A stretch of 64,000 nt of DNA from Porphyrobacter sp. (GTDB taxonomy: Bacteria > Pseudomonadota > Alphaproteobacteria > Sphingomonadales > Sphingomonadaceae): contig WGLN01000012.1 of assembly GCA_016125555.1 (NCBI GenBank), positions 11,238-75,237 on the forward strand, read 5' to 3'. The position numbers and the translations under genes are program-made. How positions within the stretch are numbered: position 1 is the first letter of the stretch; every line of letters starts with the position of its first letter. This document shows positions 18,920-28,869 of this stretch, one piece after another. The notes beneath the pieces are model-generated. The model saw only the letters and a program-made list of their open reading frames with translations. It searched no databases and had not been told where the DNA came from.

Positions 18920-20269
18920 ATGGCCGACACCAACCTCCTCGCCGGACCCGCGCTGCGGCGCCTGCGCAAGCGCGAAAGCCTCACCCAGGCCGCGATGGCC
19001 GCCGCGCTCGGCATCTCGCCCTCCTATCTCAACCTCATCGAGCGCAACCAGCGCCCGCTCTCCGCGCGGGTGCTGGTGCAGGTGATCGAACGCTTCGACT
19101 TCGACCCGCGCTCCCTGCGCGAGGACGAGGCAATCGGCGGGCTCGACGGGCTGGTGCGCCGCATGGCCGACAAGCGCTTCGCCGATCTCGCCATCGACCG
19201 CGAGGAGGTGCAGGAGTTCCTCGCCGCCGCGCCGCAGGTCGCCGCTGCCTTCGCACGGCTCTACGACCAGGCGGGCAGCGGGCGCGCCGAGGGCGAGGAT
19301 GCCGCCGCCGCAGCCCGCCGTGCGGTCGAACGCTGGCAGAATCACTTCGCCGATCTCGACCACGCCGCCGAGGACCTTGCCGACGAGTTGCGCCTGGCGC
19401 GCGGGGAGATCAGCGCCGCGCTCGGCGAGCGGCTGCGCGAGAAGCACCGCATGACCGTGCGCATCCTTCCGGCCGAGGTGATGCCGGGCCTCGTCCACCG
19501 GCTCGATCTCCATGCGCGGCAGTTGCAGCTTTCCGAGATGCTCCCGGGCGCGGCGCGGCGGTTTCAGATCGCCCGGCAGGTCGGCGCGCTGGAGATGCGC
19601 GAGGCCATCGAGACGCTGGTGGCGGGCGCCAACCTCGCCTCCGCCGAGGCCGAGGAGATTTTCCGCGCGCACATCACCGATTATCTCGCCGGCGCGCTGC
19701 TGCTGCCCTACCGCCGCTTCCTGCGGGCCTGCGAGCAGACCGGTTATGACCTCGCCGTCCTCCAACGCCGCTTCGCGGTCAGCTTCGACCAGGCCGCGCA
19801 GCGCCTCACCACGCTCGGGCGGGTCGGTGAGCGGGGTCTGCCGTTCTTCATGGCGACGATCGACCGCGCCGGACGGCTCGAAACCTTCAACGCGGGCGGG
19901 AGCGGGGCGCTCTATCCGCTCGAAGGGGCGCGCTGGCCCGCGTGGATACCCTATGCCGCCTTCGAGCGTCCGGGCACCGTTTTGACCCAGGCGGTGACCT
20001 TCGGCGAAGGGGAGGCCGCGCCGCGCCACTGGTTCACCATCACCCGCACGGTCGATGGCGACGGCGTGATGTGCGCCGCGCGGCGCGCGGTCGTGCTCGG
20101 CCTCGAGGCACGCTTCGCGGGCGAGCTTGCTTATGCGCGCGGCGTTTCGCTCGATCCCGCCGATGCTGTGCCGCTGGGGGTGCCCTGCGGGCGTTGCGGG
20201 CGGGCCGAATGCCTCACCCCGGCCCCTGCGCGCATGGCGAGCAGCCTGCCCCGGCCGCGCCGCGCCTGA
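18920..20269 (+). CDS. XRE-HTH transcriptional regulator of the short-chain fatty acyl-CoA regulator (ScfR/RamB/PrpR) type
   Basis: N-terminal HTH LTQAAMAAALGISPSYLNLIERNQRPLS. Long C-terminal domain ending in CGRCGRAEC. Divergent from aceA. Confidence 0.75.
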   Translation: MADTNLLAGPALRRLRKRESLTQAAMAAALGISPSYLNLIERNQRPLSARVLVQVIERFDFDPRSLREDEAIGGLDGLVRRMADKRFADLAIDREEVQEFLAAAPQVAAAFARLYDQAGSGRAEGEDAAAAARRAVERWQNHFADLDHAAEDLADELRLARGEISAALGERLREKHRMTVRILPAEVMPGLVHRLDLHARQLQLSEMLPGAARRFQIARQVGALEMREAIETLVAGANLASAEAEEIFRAHITDYLAGALLLPYRRFLRACEQTGYDLAVLQRRFAVSFDQAAQRLTTLGRVGERGLPFFMATIDRAGRLETFNAGGSGALYPLEGARWPAWIPYAAFERPGTVLTQAVTFGEGEAAPRHWFTITRTVDGDGVMCAARRAVVLGLEARFAGELAYARGVSLDPADAVPLGVPCGRCGRAECLTPAPARMASSLPRPRRA

Positions 20270-20389
20270 GCGGCACGTTAACCTTCGCGAGCCGCGGAAA
20301 ACCGCGCTTCGGCGGCGGTGTAAAGTTTACCGACACTTAAGGAGTGGCGTCTAGAACCGGCCGGGCATGCACCAGAGGCCCGCTTTGCC

Positions 20390-21775
20390 ATGATCCGTCT
20401 GTTCAAGCACTATATCCCGCATGCCGTGCTGCTGCTCGGCCTGCTCGATCTGGTCCTGCTGGTGCTGGCGAGCGAGGCAGCGTGGCAGCTGCGGGCGGGG
20501 CAGCTCGGCATGGATGTCGATCATTTCGCGGACCGCTGGCTGCCGCTGACCGGGACTGCGACGGTCATCTGGCTGGCGATGATCGCGGTCGGGGTCTACG
20601 GCCCCAACGCGCTCAGATCCCTCCGGTTCGCGGGAGCGCGGGTGCTGGTGGCGATCAGCCTCGGCATCATTGCGCTTGCGGTGATCGACTTCGTCGTGCC
20701 GAGCGACTTCTTCTGGCGCTCGACCCTGTTCTACACGATGGTCCTCGCGATCCTCGTGCTGATCGCCGATCGGCTGCTGCTGACCTCCTTCCTCGGCTCC
20801 TCGGCGTTTCGCCGCCGCGTCATGGTGCTTGGCGCGAGCGAGCGCGCGGTGCGGCTGCGCGATCTCGGCGAACGGCCCGAGAGCGGCTTCGCGATCGTCG
20901 CCTTCATCGCGATGAGCGAAAGCGACCGCTGCCTCGACGAGGCGATCCCGCGCGCGGCGATCCACGATCTCGGCCGCTTCGTCGAGAACCTCGGCGTCTC
21001 GGAAGTGGTGCTGGCCTTGCAGGAACGCCGCAACGCCCTGCCGTTGAAGGACCTGCTGCGGATCAAGACCAAGGGCGTCCACGTCAACGACTTTTCGAGT
21101 TTCATCGAGCGCGAGACGGGCCGGGTCGATCTCGACACGGTCAATCCCAGCTGGCTGATCTTCTCCGACGGGTTCTCGAGCGGGCGCATGTTCTCGAGCG
21201 CGGTCAAGAGGATCTTCGATATTGCCGCAAGCAGCCTGGTTCTGGCGCTGACCCTGCCGGTGATCGGCCTGTTCGCGCTGCTGGTGAAGCTCGACAGCAA
21301 GGGGCCGGCCTTCTTCCGCCAGCAGCGTGTCGGGCTTTACGGAGAACCCTTCACGCTGGTGAAGCTGCGCTCGATGCGCACCGATGCGGAAAAGGACGGG
21401 GCCAAGTGGGCCGAGGAGAACGATCCGCGCATCACCCGTCTCGGCCGGTTCATCCGCAAGGTCCGGATCGACGAACTGCCGCAGGCCTGGAGCGTGCTCA
21501 AGGGGCAGATGAGCTTCGTGGGTCCGCGTCCCGAGGTTCCCGCCTTCGTCGAAAGCCTCGAGGAGGAAATCCCCTTCTACGGTGAACGGCACATGGTGAA
21601 GCCGGGCATCACCGGCTGGGCGCAGATCAACTATCCCTATGGCGCCTCGGTCGAGGACAGCCGCCGCAAGCTCGAATATGATCTCTACTACGCCAAGAAC
21701 TACACGCCCTTCCTCGATTTCGTGATCCTGCTCCAAACGGTGCGGGTGATCCTCTGGCCGGAGGGCGCGCGGTGA
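20390..21775 (+). CDS. Polyprenyl-phosphate glycosyl-1-phosphate (priming) sugar transferase, PEP-CTERM-system-associated EpsB type
   Basis: 461 aa. N-terminal TM helices and a C-terminal bacterial sugar transferase domain (RIDELPQ, GPRP). Immediately upstream of PrsK/PrsR. Confidence 0.85.
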   Translation: MIRLFKHYIPHAVLLLGLLDLVLLVLASEAAWQLRAGQLGMDVDHFADRWLPLTGTATVIWLAMIAVGVYGPNALRSLRFAGARVLVAISLGIIALAVIDFVVPSDFFWRSTLFYTMVLAILVLIADRLLLTSFLGSSAFRRRVMVLGASERAVRLRDLGERPESGFAIVAFIAMSESDRCLDEAIPRAAIHDLGRFVENLGVSEVVLALQERRNALPLKDLLRIKTKGVHVNDFSSFIERETGRVDLDTVNPSWLIFSDGFSSGRMFSSAVKRIFDIAASSLVLALTLPVIGLFALLVKLDSKGPAFFRQQRVGLYGEPFTLVKLRSMRTDAEKDGAKWAEENDPRITRLGRFIRKVRIDELPQAWSVLKGQMSFVGPRPEVPAFVESLEEEIPFYGERHMVKPGITGWAQINYPYGASVEDSRRKLEYDLYYAKNYTPFLDFVILLQTVRVILWPEGAR

Positions 21776-23898
21776 TCGGCCTCGGCGTCACCCTCGGCAT
21801 TGCGGCCTACCTTGCCGCGGTCGCCGGAGCGGCCCTGTGCCTTGGCGCGGTGGTGTGGCTGTGGCACTGCGGCGACCGCGCGCGGCCCGATCGCCAGCCG
21901 CTCGCGGTGGCGAGCATCTTCGCGGGCGCGGGCTGCGCGATCGCCGCGGCGCTGGGCGCGGAAAGTGCCGGGGTGGCGATCGCGCTGATGGTTCGCAACC
22001 TCGCGCTGATCGCGGCGATCTTCGCGATGTTCGGCGCCGATGGCCGTGCCGCCAGCCTCAAGCCGATCCGGCCGGTGATCATCACGCTGGTGATGGTGCA
22101 GCTGTGCCAGCCTCTGGTGCTGGCACTCGAGCTGCGCGCCGCACCCTTGCCGCAGCTCGCGCAGCTGGCCTTCGAGATGCGCCTGCTGATCGATCTGCTC
22201 GTGGCAATCGGCGCGCTGTTGCTGCTGCACAACCTCTATGCCGGGGCCGCCGATGCCTCGCGCTTCCTGCTGCGCTGGACGGTGATCGGCCTGTCGGGCA
22301 TCTTCGCCTACGACCTCAACCTCGCCACGATCGCCTATCTCGGGGGGGAGTACCCGGCGCTGCTGCGGGACCTGCGCGGCCTGTTCGGCGGGGCCATGAT
22401 GGCGCTTGCCGCGCTCGGGACAAATCCGGCCGGGCCGCGGGTGCAGTTCAGCCCCTCGCGCGCGGTCACCTTCCGCACGCTCTCGCTGCTGCTGATCGGC
22501 AGCTATCTTGCGCTGATGCTGCTGGTCGCCAAGTCGCTGCCGCTGGTCGGCGGGGATTTCGCGCGGACCACTCAGGTGGTGTTCCTGATGCTGGCGGCGG
22601 GCGCTGCGATCCTCGCCCTGCCTTCGCCGCGGCTGCGCGGCTGGCTGCGGGTGACGGCGACCAAGCACCTGTTCCAGCACCGCTACGACTACCGCGAGGA
22701 ATGGTTGCGTTTCACGCGCACCATCGGCCGCGGGGGGAAGGGCAGCGCGAGCCTCGAGGAGCGCGCAGTCAAGGCGCTCGCCGACATTACCGAAAGCCCG
22801 GCGGGCCTGTTGCTGATGCCGGACGAGGAGGCGCATCTCGAACTTGTCGCGCGCTGGAACTGGCAGACCCTGCCGGTGCCCGCGATCGCCGCCGGCCATC
22901 GGCTCTCGGCGCTGCTGGAGCGGCACCACCTGATCGTCGCGCTCGACGAGGCGCGGGCGGGGACCGACCATCACGGCGAGCGCGTCGAACTGCCCGATTG
23001 GCTGGGCGATGCCGAGGATGCCTGGGCGCTGGTGCCGCTGCTCCATTTCGAGCGGCTGGTGGGCGTCGTGGTGCTCGCGCGCCCGCGCACCCCGCGGCGG
23101 CTCGACTGGGAGGATTTCGACCTGCTCAAGGTCGCCGGCCAGCAGCTTGCCAGCTACCTGTCCGAACAGGCCGGCCAGCAGGCGCTGATGGACGCCTCGC
23201 GCTTCGACGATTTCAACCGCCGCATGGCCTTCGTGATGCACGACATCAAGAATCTCGCGAGCCAGCTTTCGCTGCTTGCCGCCAATGCGCAGAAGCACGC
23301 CGACAACCCCGCCTTCCGGGCCGACATGCTGGTGACGCTACGCAATTCGGCGGACAAGCTCACCGCCCTGCTGGCGCGGCTCGGGCGCTATGGCGCGGGG
23401 CCGGTGAGCGATCGGCGCGCGATCGACCTCGCCGCGCTTGCCGGCAGCATCGCCGAGCGGTTCCGCGGCGTCCACGAGGTGTCGCTCACGCGCGAAACGC
23501 CGGTCATGGTGATGGGCAATCCCGAGGCGCTCGAGCAGACGCTGACGCATCTCGTACAGAACGCCATCGACGCGAGCAGCGCCGACATGCCGGTCTTTCT
23601 CGACGTCACTGCCGACGCGCTTCACGGCACCATCGAGGTGATCGACACCGGCTGCGGGATGTCCCCGGAATTCGTGCGGACGGGCCTGTTCAAGCCCTTC
23701 GTCTCCTCCAAGCAGGGCGGCTTCGGGATCGGCGCCTTCGAGGCGCGCGAGCTGGTCAAGGCGATGGGCGGGCGGGTCGCGGTCGAATCCCGCGAAGGGC
23801 TGGGCACGCGCTTCAGCGTCGTCCTGCCGCTCGCCGATGCCGTGCGCCTGCTTGGCGCGACCGATCCCGACACACCCCCTTCCCGCGAGGTTGCCTGA
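21772..23898 (+). CDS. prsK: PEP-CTERM-system histidine kinase PrsK-like
   Basis: 708 aa. GTG start overlaps the upstream stop (GTGA). Multi-TM N-half and H-box FVMHDIKNL, followed by a C-terminal region consistent with an ATPase domain. Confidence 0.8.
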   Translation: MIGLGVTLGIAAYLAAVAGAALCLGAVVWLWHCGDRARPDRQPLAVASIFAGAGCAIAAALGAESAGVAIALMVRNLALIAAIFAMFGADGRAASLKPIRPVIITLVMVQLCQPLVLALELRAAPLPQLAQLAFEMRLLIDLLVAIGALLLLHNLYAGAADASRFLLRWTVIGLSGIFAYDLNLATIAYLGGEYPALLRDLRGLFGGAMMALAALGTNPAGPRVQFSPSRAVTFRTLSLLLIGSYLALMLLVAKSLPLVGGDFARTTQVVFLMLAAGAAILALPSPRLRGWLRVTATKHLFQHRYDYREEWLRFTRTIGRGGKGSASLEERAVKALADITESPAGLLLMPDEEAHLELVARWNWQTLPVPAIAAGHRLSALLERHHLIVALDEARAGTDHHGERVELPDWLGDAEDAWALVPLLHFERLVGVVVLARPRTPRRLDWEDFDLLKVAGQQLASYLSEQAGQQALMDASRFDDFNRRMAFVMHDIKNLASQLSLLAANAQKHADNPAFRADMLVTLRNSADKLTALLARLGRYGAGPVSDRRAIDLAALAGSIAERFRGVHEVSLTRETPVMVMGNPEALEQTLTHLVQNAIDASSADMPVFLDVTADALHGTIEVIDTGCGMSPEFVRTGLFKPFVSSKQGGFGIGAFEARELVKAMGGRVAVESREGLGTRFSVVLPLADAVRLLGATDPDTPPSREVA

Positions 23899-25262
23899 TG
23901 CCCGACAAGAAGCCCCCCCTGCTGGTGATCGAGGACGATCCCGGCCTGCAGGCCCAGCTCAAGTGGGCCTACGAGGATTTCGAGGTGATCCTCGCCGGGG
24001 ATCGCGACAGCGCGCTCGCCGCGCTCCGGTCCGAAGCCCCTGCGGTGGTGACGCTCGATCTCGGCCTGCCGCCCGATCCCGACGGCACCAGCGAAGGCTT
24101 CGCCGTGCTCGATGCGATCATGGCGCTGAAGCCCGACACCAAGGTGATTGTCGCAAGCGGGCACGGCGCGCGCGAAAGCACGCTGCAGGCCATCGCCCGG
24201 GGCGCCTATGACTTCTATCAGAAGCCGCTCGACATCGACCAGCTCGGGCTGATCGTGCGGCGGGCCTTCAATCTTCACCGGATCGAGCAGGAGAACCGCC
24301 GCCTCGTCGCCAGCGCCAGTGCCGACAAGACCGTGCTCGGGCGCCTGATCACCGGTGCGCCCGAGATGGTCAAGGTCGCGCGCACCATCGAGCGGGTCGC
24401 CAAGACGAGCGTTTCGGTGATGCTCCTGGGTGCGAGCGGGACCGGCAAGGAACTGCTGGCCCGCGGCCTGCACGACGCCAGCGACCGGGCGGATGGACCG
24501 TTCATCGCCATCAACTGCGCCGCGATCCCGGAAAACCTCCTCGAAAGCGAGCTGTTCGGGCATGAAAAGGGGGCCTTCACCGGTGCGGTCAAGACCACCG
24601 AGGGCAAGATCGAGAGCGCCAACGGCGGCACGCTGTTCCTCGACGAGGTCGGCGACATCCCGCTCCCGCTGCAGGTCAAGCTGCTGCGCTTCCTGCAGGA
24701 ACGCACCATCGAGCGGATCGGCGGGCGGCGCCAGATCGCGGTCAACACCCGGATCGTGTGCGCTACCCATCAGGATCTCGAGAGCATGATCGGCGCGGGC
24801 ACCTTCCGCGAGGACCTGTTCTACCGTCTTGCCGAGATCGTGGTGCGCATTCCCGGCCTGGCCGAAAGGCACGGCGATCCGGTCCTGCTCGCCAAGGCGT
24901 TTCTCAAGCGGTTCGCCGCCGAGATGAACCCGCACGTCACCGGCTTCGCCCCCGATGCGCTCACCGCGATTGACGCGCACGACTGGCCGGGCAACGTCCG
25001 CGAGCTCGAGAACCGCGTGAAGCGCGCGGTGATCATGGCCGACGGCAAGCTGGTGAGCGCCGAGGACCTCGACTTCGCCGACGCCGGGGAGGAAGGCGGC
25101 GACGTCCTCAACCTCAAGGCGGCGCGCGAGGCGGCCGACCGCCGGGTGATCCGTCACGCGCTCGCCCGCAGCGAGGGCAACATCTCGAACAGCGCGAAGC
25201 TGCTCGGGATCAGTCGCCCGACGCTCTACGATCTCCTCAAGCAGTATGACCTGCAGACCTAG
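23898..25262 (+). CDS. prsR: Sigma-54-dependent response regulator PrsR-like
   Basis: ATG at 23898 overlaps the prsK stop (TGATG). Receiver domain, AAA+ domain with GAFTGA, and a C-terminal Fis-type HTH. Confidence 0.85.
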   Translation: MPDKKPPLLVIEDDPGLQAQLKWAYEDFEVILAGDRDSALAALRSEAPAVVTLDLGLPPDPDGTSEGFAVLDAIMALKPDTKVIVASGHGARESTLQAIARGAYDFYQKPLDIDQLGLIVRRAFNLHRIEQENRRLVASASADKTVLGRLITGAPEMVKVARTIERVAKTSVSVMLLGASGTGKELLARGLHDASDRADGPFIAINCAAIPENLLESELFGHEKGAFTGAVKTTEGKIESANGGTLFLDEVGDIPLPLQVKLLRFLQERTIERIGGRRQIAVNTRIVCATHQDLESMIGAGTFREDLFYRLAEIVVRIPGLAERHGDPVLLAKAFLKRFAAEMNPHVTGFAPDALTAIDAHDWPGNVRELENRVKRAVIMADGKLVSAEDLDFADAGEEGGDVLNLKAAREAADRRVIRHALARSEGNISNSAKLLGISRPTLYDLLKQYDLQT

Positions 25263-26748
25263 GTGTCTGGCGCCGCTGCTGACGCTGGCGCTGGCGGGCT
25301 GCGCACCGGCGGGAGGCGCTCCGGCGGGAGGCGCCCCGGCGAACGAGGGTAAGCCTCCCGCCGACCCGGCTCTGGCGGGGCTGCTCGGTGAAGCCGACCG
25401 CGCCATCGCCGAGGGCCGCCTGCCTGAGGCCGAGCGGCTGATCGAGCAGGCGCGCAGGATCGACAAGGACAGCTCCGACCTGTGGGTCGCGACCGCTCGC
25501 CTGCGGTTTCGCGGCGGTCAGCACCTCGCCGCGCTCGATGCCGCCGACCGTGCGCTCGCGCTTGGACCCGATCACGCGCCTGCGCTGCTGATGCGGGCAC
25601 TGATGGTGCGCGACGCGCACGGCCTTGCCCCTTCGCTTCCCTGGTTCGAGGCGGCGCTTGCCGCGGGTGACGGGGAGGCGCGGACGCGGGCCGACGCCTG
25701 GGCCGAATATGCCGCAACGCTCGGCGATGCCGGGAACAATCGCGCGATGCTGGCTGCGGTGCGCGAACTGGCGGCAATTGCCCCGCACGACCCGCGGGTG
25801 TTCTACCTTCAGGCGGTGCTCGCCGGGCGTGCCGAGCGGTCGGTGCTGGCGCGCAGCCTGCTCGATCGCAGCGGCATGGCGGCGCGCGGGGTGCCGGCGG
25901 CGCTGCTGCTCGATGCGCTGCTCGACCTCCAGGAAGGCAACAATGCCAGCGCCGCGCAGACGCTGGAGGGGCTTGTGCAGCGCCAGCCCGCCAACCCGCG
26001 GCTGCGCGAACTCCTCGCCCGTGCGATGCTGCTGGGCGGGCGCGAGGCAGAGGTGGTGGAACGCTTCGCCGCGGAAGCCGCGCGGCCCGAAGCCTCGCCC
26101 TATCTCGCGGTGCTGGTGGGGCGCGCCTACGAACGGCTGGGCCAGCGGGCTGCCGCCGCGCCGCTGCTGGAGCGCGGCTACGCCGCACCTTCGCAGGCAC
26201 CGGTGCAGCTCGCGGTGCGTCCCGGACTGCCGCAACCCACTGCCGCGCTGCGCGCGCTGGCCGCAGACCCGATCGCGCAGCGCGCTGCCGCACAAGCCGA
26301 CCGCGCGCGCTTCCCGCAATCTGCGGACTTCGCGCAGCTTGCGGGCGATGCCGCGCTGGCTGCGGGCGATCCGCGCGCGGCGCTCGAGGCCTATGCCTCC
26401 GCCACGCGCGTGCGCCGCCCGTGGTCGCTCACGGCCAAGGCGGTGTTCGCCTACGAGCGTGCTGGCGATGGGGAGGCTGCCGAAACCTTGCTGGCGCGCC
26501 ATGTCGCGGGCGAGCCCGACAATATTTCCGCGCTCGGCGCGCTGGCGCGGGTGCTCGCGCGGCGCGGCGACACGGGCCGCGCCGCACTGCTGCTCGACCA
26601 CGCCATCGCGCTTGGCGGGGGGCATGACCCTGCGCTGCTGCGCTGGCGGGCCGAAATCGCGCGCGTGCGCGGGGACGAAGCGGCTGCGGGCCGCTTCGCC
26701 GCCCTGGCCGACGAACTGCACCCGCGCCCGCTCGCCGGGCGGCGCTGA
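25246..26748 (+). CDS. TPR-repeat lipoprotein (short PrsT-like?)
   Basis: Lipobox LALAGC at the N-terminus. Ala/Leu-rich helical repeats. Overlaps the prsR end by 17 nt. Confidence 0.7.
   Translation: MTCRPRCLAPLLTLALAGCAPAGGAPAGGAPANEGKPPADPALAGLLGEADRAIAEGRLPEAERLIEQARRIDKDSSDLWVATARLRFRGGQHLAALDAADRALALGPDHAPALLMRALMVRDAHGLAPSLPWFEAALAAGDGEARTRADAWAEYAATLGDAGNNRAMLAAVRELAAIAPHDPRVFYLQAVLAGRAERSVLARSLLDRSGMAARGVPAALLLDALLDLQEGNNASAAQTLEGLVQRQPANPRLRELLARAMLLGGREAEVVERFAAEAARPEASPYLAVLVGRAYERLGQRAAAAPLLERGYAAPSQAPVQLAVRPGLPQPTAALRALAADPIAQRAAAQADRARFPQSADFAQLAGDAALAAGDPRAALEAYASATRVRRPWSLTAKAVFAYERAGDGEAAETLLARHVAGEPDNISALGALARVLARRGDTGRAALLLDHAIALGGGHDPALLRWRAEIARVRGDEAAAGRFAALADELHPRPLAGRR
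25306..25341. repeat. Tandem 15-bp repeat CCGGCGGGAGGCGCY, 2.4 copies
   Basis: Read directly. Encodes PAGGAPAGGAPA just after the lipobox. Confidence 0.6.
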
Positions 26749-26796
26749 CGCCGCAGCGCTCGACATTCGGCTCCGGGCGGGGCAGGGCGCATCGCC

Positions 26797-27759
26797 ATGC
26801 TGTCCCGGCGCCCCCCTTTCGTGACCGATCCGATGATCGCCGTGCTGGTGCTGGCGACCGCGCTCGCGCTGCTGCTCCCCGCCACCGGCGAGGGTCGCGA
26901 CGTGGCGCGTGCCGTCTCCAATCTCGGGATCTTCGCGCTGTTCCTCGTCAACGGCATGCGCATCCGGCGCAGCGAGATCGCGCGCGGGATCGCCAACTGG
27001 CGCTTCTTCGCGCCTCTGATGCTGTTCGTGTTTGGCGTCATGGCGCTGGCCGGGCTGGGCTTTGCGAGCCTTGCAGGCCCAATCCTGCCGCCGCTGGTGG
27101 CGCTGGGCTTCGTCTATCTCGGTTGCCTGCCCTCGACGATCCAGTCGGCGACCTCCTACACCAGTCTGGCGGATGGCAATGTCGCCCTGGCGGTGGTCGG
27201 TGCGGCGTTGATCAACATCGCGGGCGTGTTCGTGAGCGCCCCGCTGTTCGCGCTGCTCGGCGGGGGCGGGGCAGGGGAGGTCGGCGGCGAGGCGATCCTC
27301 CGCATCGGCCTCGTGCTGGTGCTGCCCTTCGTCATCGGACAGGCGGTGCAGGACCGCGTGATCGAACGGCTCGCCGCACAACGCGCCAGAATCGTCTGGC
27401 TCGATCGCGGGGTGATCGGCCTTGCGGTCTATGTCGCCTTTTCGGGCGCGGTCGCGCAGGGCCTGATCGGGATGTTCGCGCCCGCAGACTGGGCGGTGCT
27501 CGCGGGACTGGTGCTGGCCTGGCTTGGACTGGCCTTGGCGGCGGCCTGGGGCACGGGCGGACTGCTCGGCCTGCCCCGGCGTGACCGCGTCACCTTCCTG
27601 TTCGCCGGATCGCAGAAGAGCGTCGCGATCGGTGCGCCGCTCGCCGCGATCCTGTTCCCGCCCGATCGCGCAGGGTTCCTGATCGCGCCGCTGCTGCTTT
27701 ACCACCTCGCCCAGCTGGTGCTGGCGGCGCCGCTCGCTACGCGTCTGGCACGGGATTAG
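26797..27759 (+). CDS. Bile acid:sodium symporter (BASS) family transporter, YfeH-like
   Basis: 320 aa, about 9-10 TM helices, family-typical N-terminus. Confidence 0.75.
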   Translation: MLSRRPPFVTDPMIAVLVLATALALLLPATGEGRDVARAVSNLGIFALFLVNGMRIRRSEIARGIANWRFFAPLMLFVFGVMALAGLGFASLAGPILPPLVALGFVYLGCLPSTIQSATSYTSLADGNVALAVVGAALINIAGVFVSAPLFALLGGGGAGEVGGEAILRIGLVLVLPFVIGQAVQDRVIERLAAQRARIVWLDRGVIGLAVYVAFSGAVAQGLIGMFAPADWAVLAGLVLAWLGLALAAAWGTGGLLGLPRRDRVTFLFAGSQKSVAIGAPLAAILFPPDRAGFLIAPLLLYHLAQLVLAAPLATRLARD

Positions 27760-28804
27760 CGGCGCGCTCGGCGCGGCGGTGGCGCACCGACCACCAGAAG
27801 GACAGCCCGATCAGGATCGCTCCGATCAGCCCGGTGACGGTCTCGGGAATGTGCACCACGGCCGAGAACAGCATGATCGCCCCCAGCACCACGATCGCCC
27901 AGAAGGCACCGTGTTCGAGATAGCGGTATTCCGCGAGCGTGCCCTTGCGCACCAGGTGCACCGTCATCGAACGCACGAACATCGCCCCGATCGACAGGCC
28001 CAGCGCGATCACGATCATGTTGTTCGACAGCGCGAAGGCGCCGATCACCCCGTCGAAGCTGAAGCTCGCATCGAGGATGTTGAGGTACAGGAACCCGCCG
28101 AGCCCGCTGCGCACCGCCGCTCCGGCCAGCTGCGCCGCCTCCTCGCGCATTTCGAGCCAGTGGCTGATCGCCTCGACCGCGATGAAGGTCACGAGGCCGA
28201 GCATTCCGGCGACCAGGAAGGTCAGCGCCTCCTCGGTCGGCAGCAGGGTCGAGATGCCCCACATCCCGAGCAGGAGGATCGCGATCTCGCTGGCGGGCAA
28301 GTTCGAGACCTTCACGAGCGCGCGTTCGAGGCCGCCGATCCAGTGCACGTCCTTGTCGGCGTCGAAGAAGAACTTCATCCCCACCATCGCCAGGAACGCG
28401 CCGCCGAAACCGGCGATGCCGGTCTGCGCGGAACTGACCAGCCGCTCGTATTCGGCGGGGCTGTTGAGCGACAGGTCGAGCGCCTCCATCGGCCCGATGC
28501 CCGCGGCGATCGCGACGATCGCGAGCGGAAAGACGATCCGCATCCCGAACACCGCGAAGGCGATGCCCCAGGTGAGAAAGCGCTTCTGCCAGACCTCGTC
28601 CATCTCCTTGAGCACCGAGGCATTGACCACGGCATTGTCGAAACTGAGCGAGACTTCGAGCACCGAGAGGATCAGCACGATCCACACCACCTCGGCCATG
28701 CCCGCGAGCGTGCCGGCACTGGCGATGCCGTACCACGCTGCAAGCGCGAGGCAGATCACCGTGAAGATCAGCGAGAAGAGGTAGTAGCGGAGAACCGTCT
28801 GCAT
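27737..28804 (-). CDS. DUF475 / TerC-superfamily integral membrane protein
   Basis: Trimmed to the ATG at 28804 (MQTVLRYY...). Motif LEVSLSFDNAVVNA. 355 aa. Confidence 0.8.
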   Translation of the reverse strand: MQTVLRYYLFSLIFTVICLALAAWYGIASAGTLAGMAEVVWIVLILSVLEVSLSFDNAVVNASVLKEMDEVWQKRFLTWGIAFAVFGMRIVFPLAIVAIAAGIGPMEALDLSLNSPAEYERLVSSAQTGIAGFGGAFLAMVGMKFFFDADKDVHWIGGLERALVKVSNLPASEIAILLLGMWGISTLLPTEEALTFLVAGMLGLVTFIAVEAISHWLEMREEAAQLAGAAVRSGLGGFLYLNILDASFSFDGVIGAFALSNNMIVIALGLSIGAMFVRSMTVHLVRKGTLAEYRYLEHGAFWAIVVLGAIMLFSAVVHIPETVTGLIGAILIGLSFWWSVRHRRAERAANPVPDA

Positions 28805-28869
28805 GATGCGAGGCGAACCTTGGCAGGGCGGACCGACGGGGGAGTCAGGCCGCCGGGAGGGGGAGGGGA

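Noticed and set aside
21837-25262. 1141-aa plus-strand ORF suggesting a giant fusion protein
   Set aside because: Only the last 454 aa (from the ATG at 23898) are PrsR. The upstream 687 codons are an out-of-frame read through prsK with an Arg/Ala/Gly-rich composition.
25237-27705. 822-aa minus-strand ORF across the TPR lipoprotein and BASS transporter genes
   Set aside because: It is antisense to two plausible plus-strand genes and is extremely Arg/Gly/Gln-rich with no domain signature.
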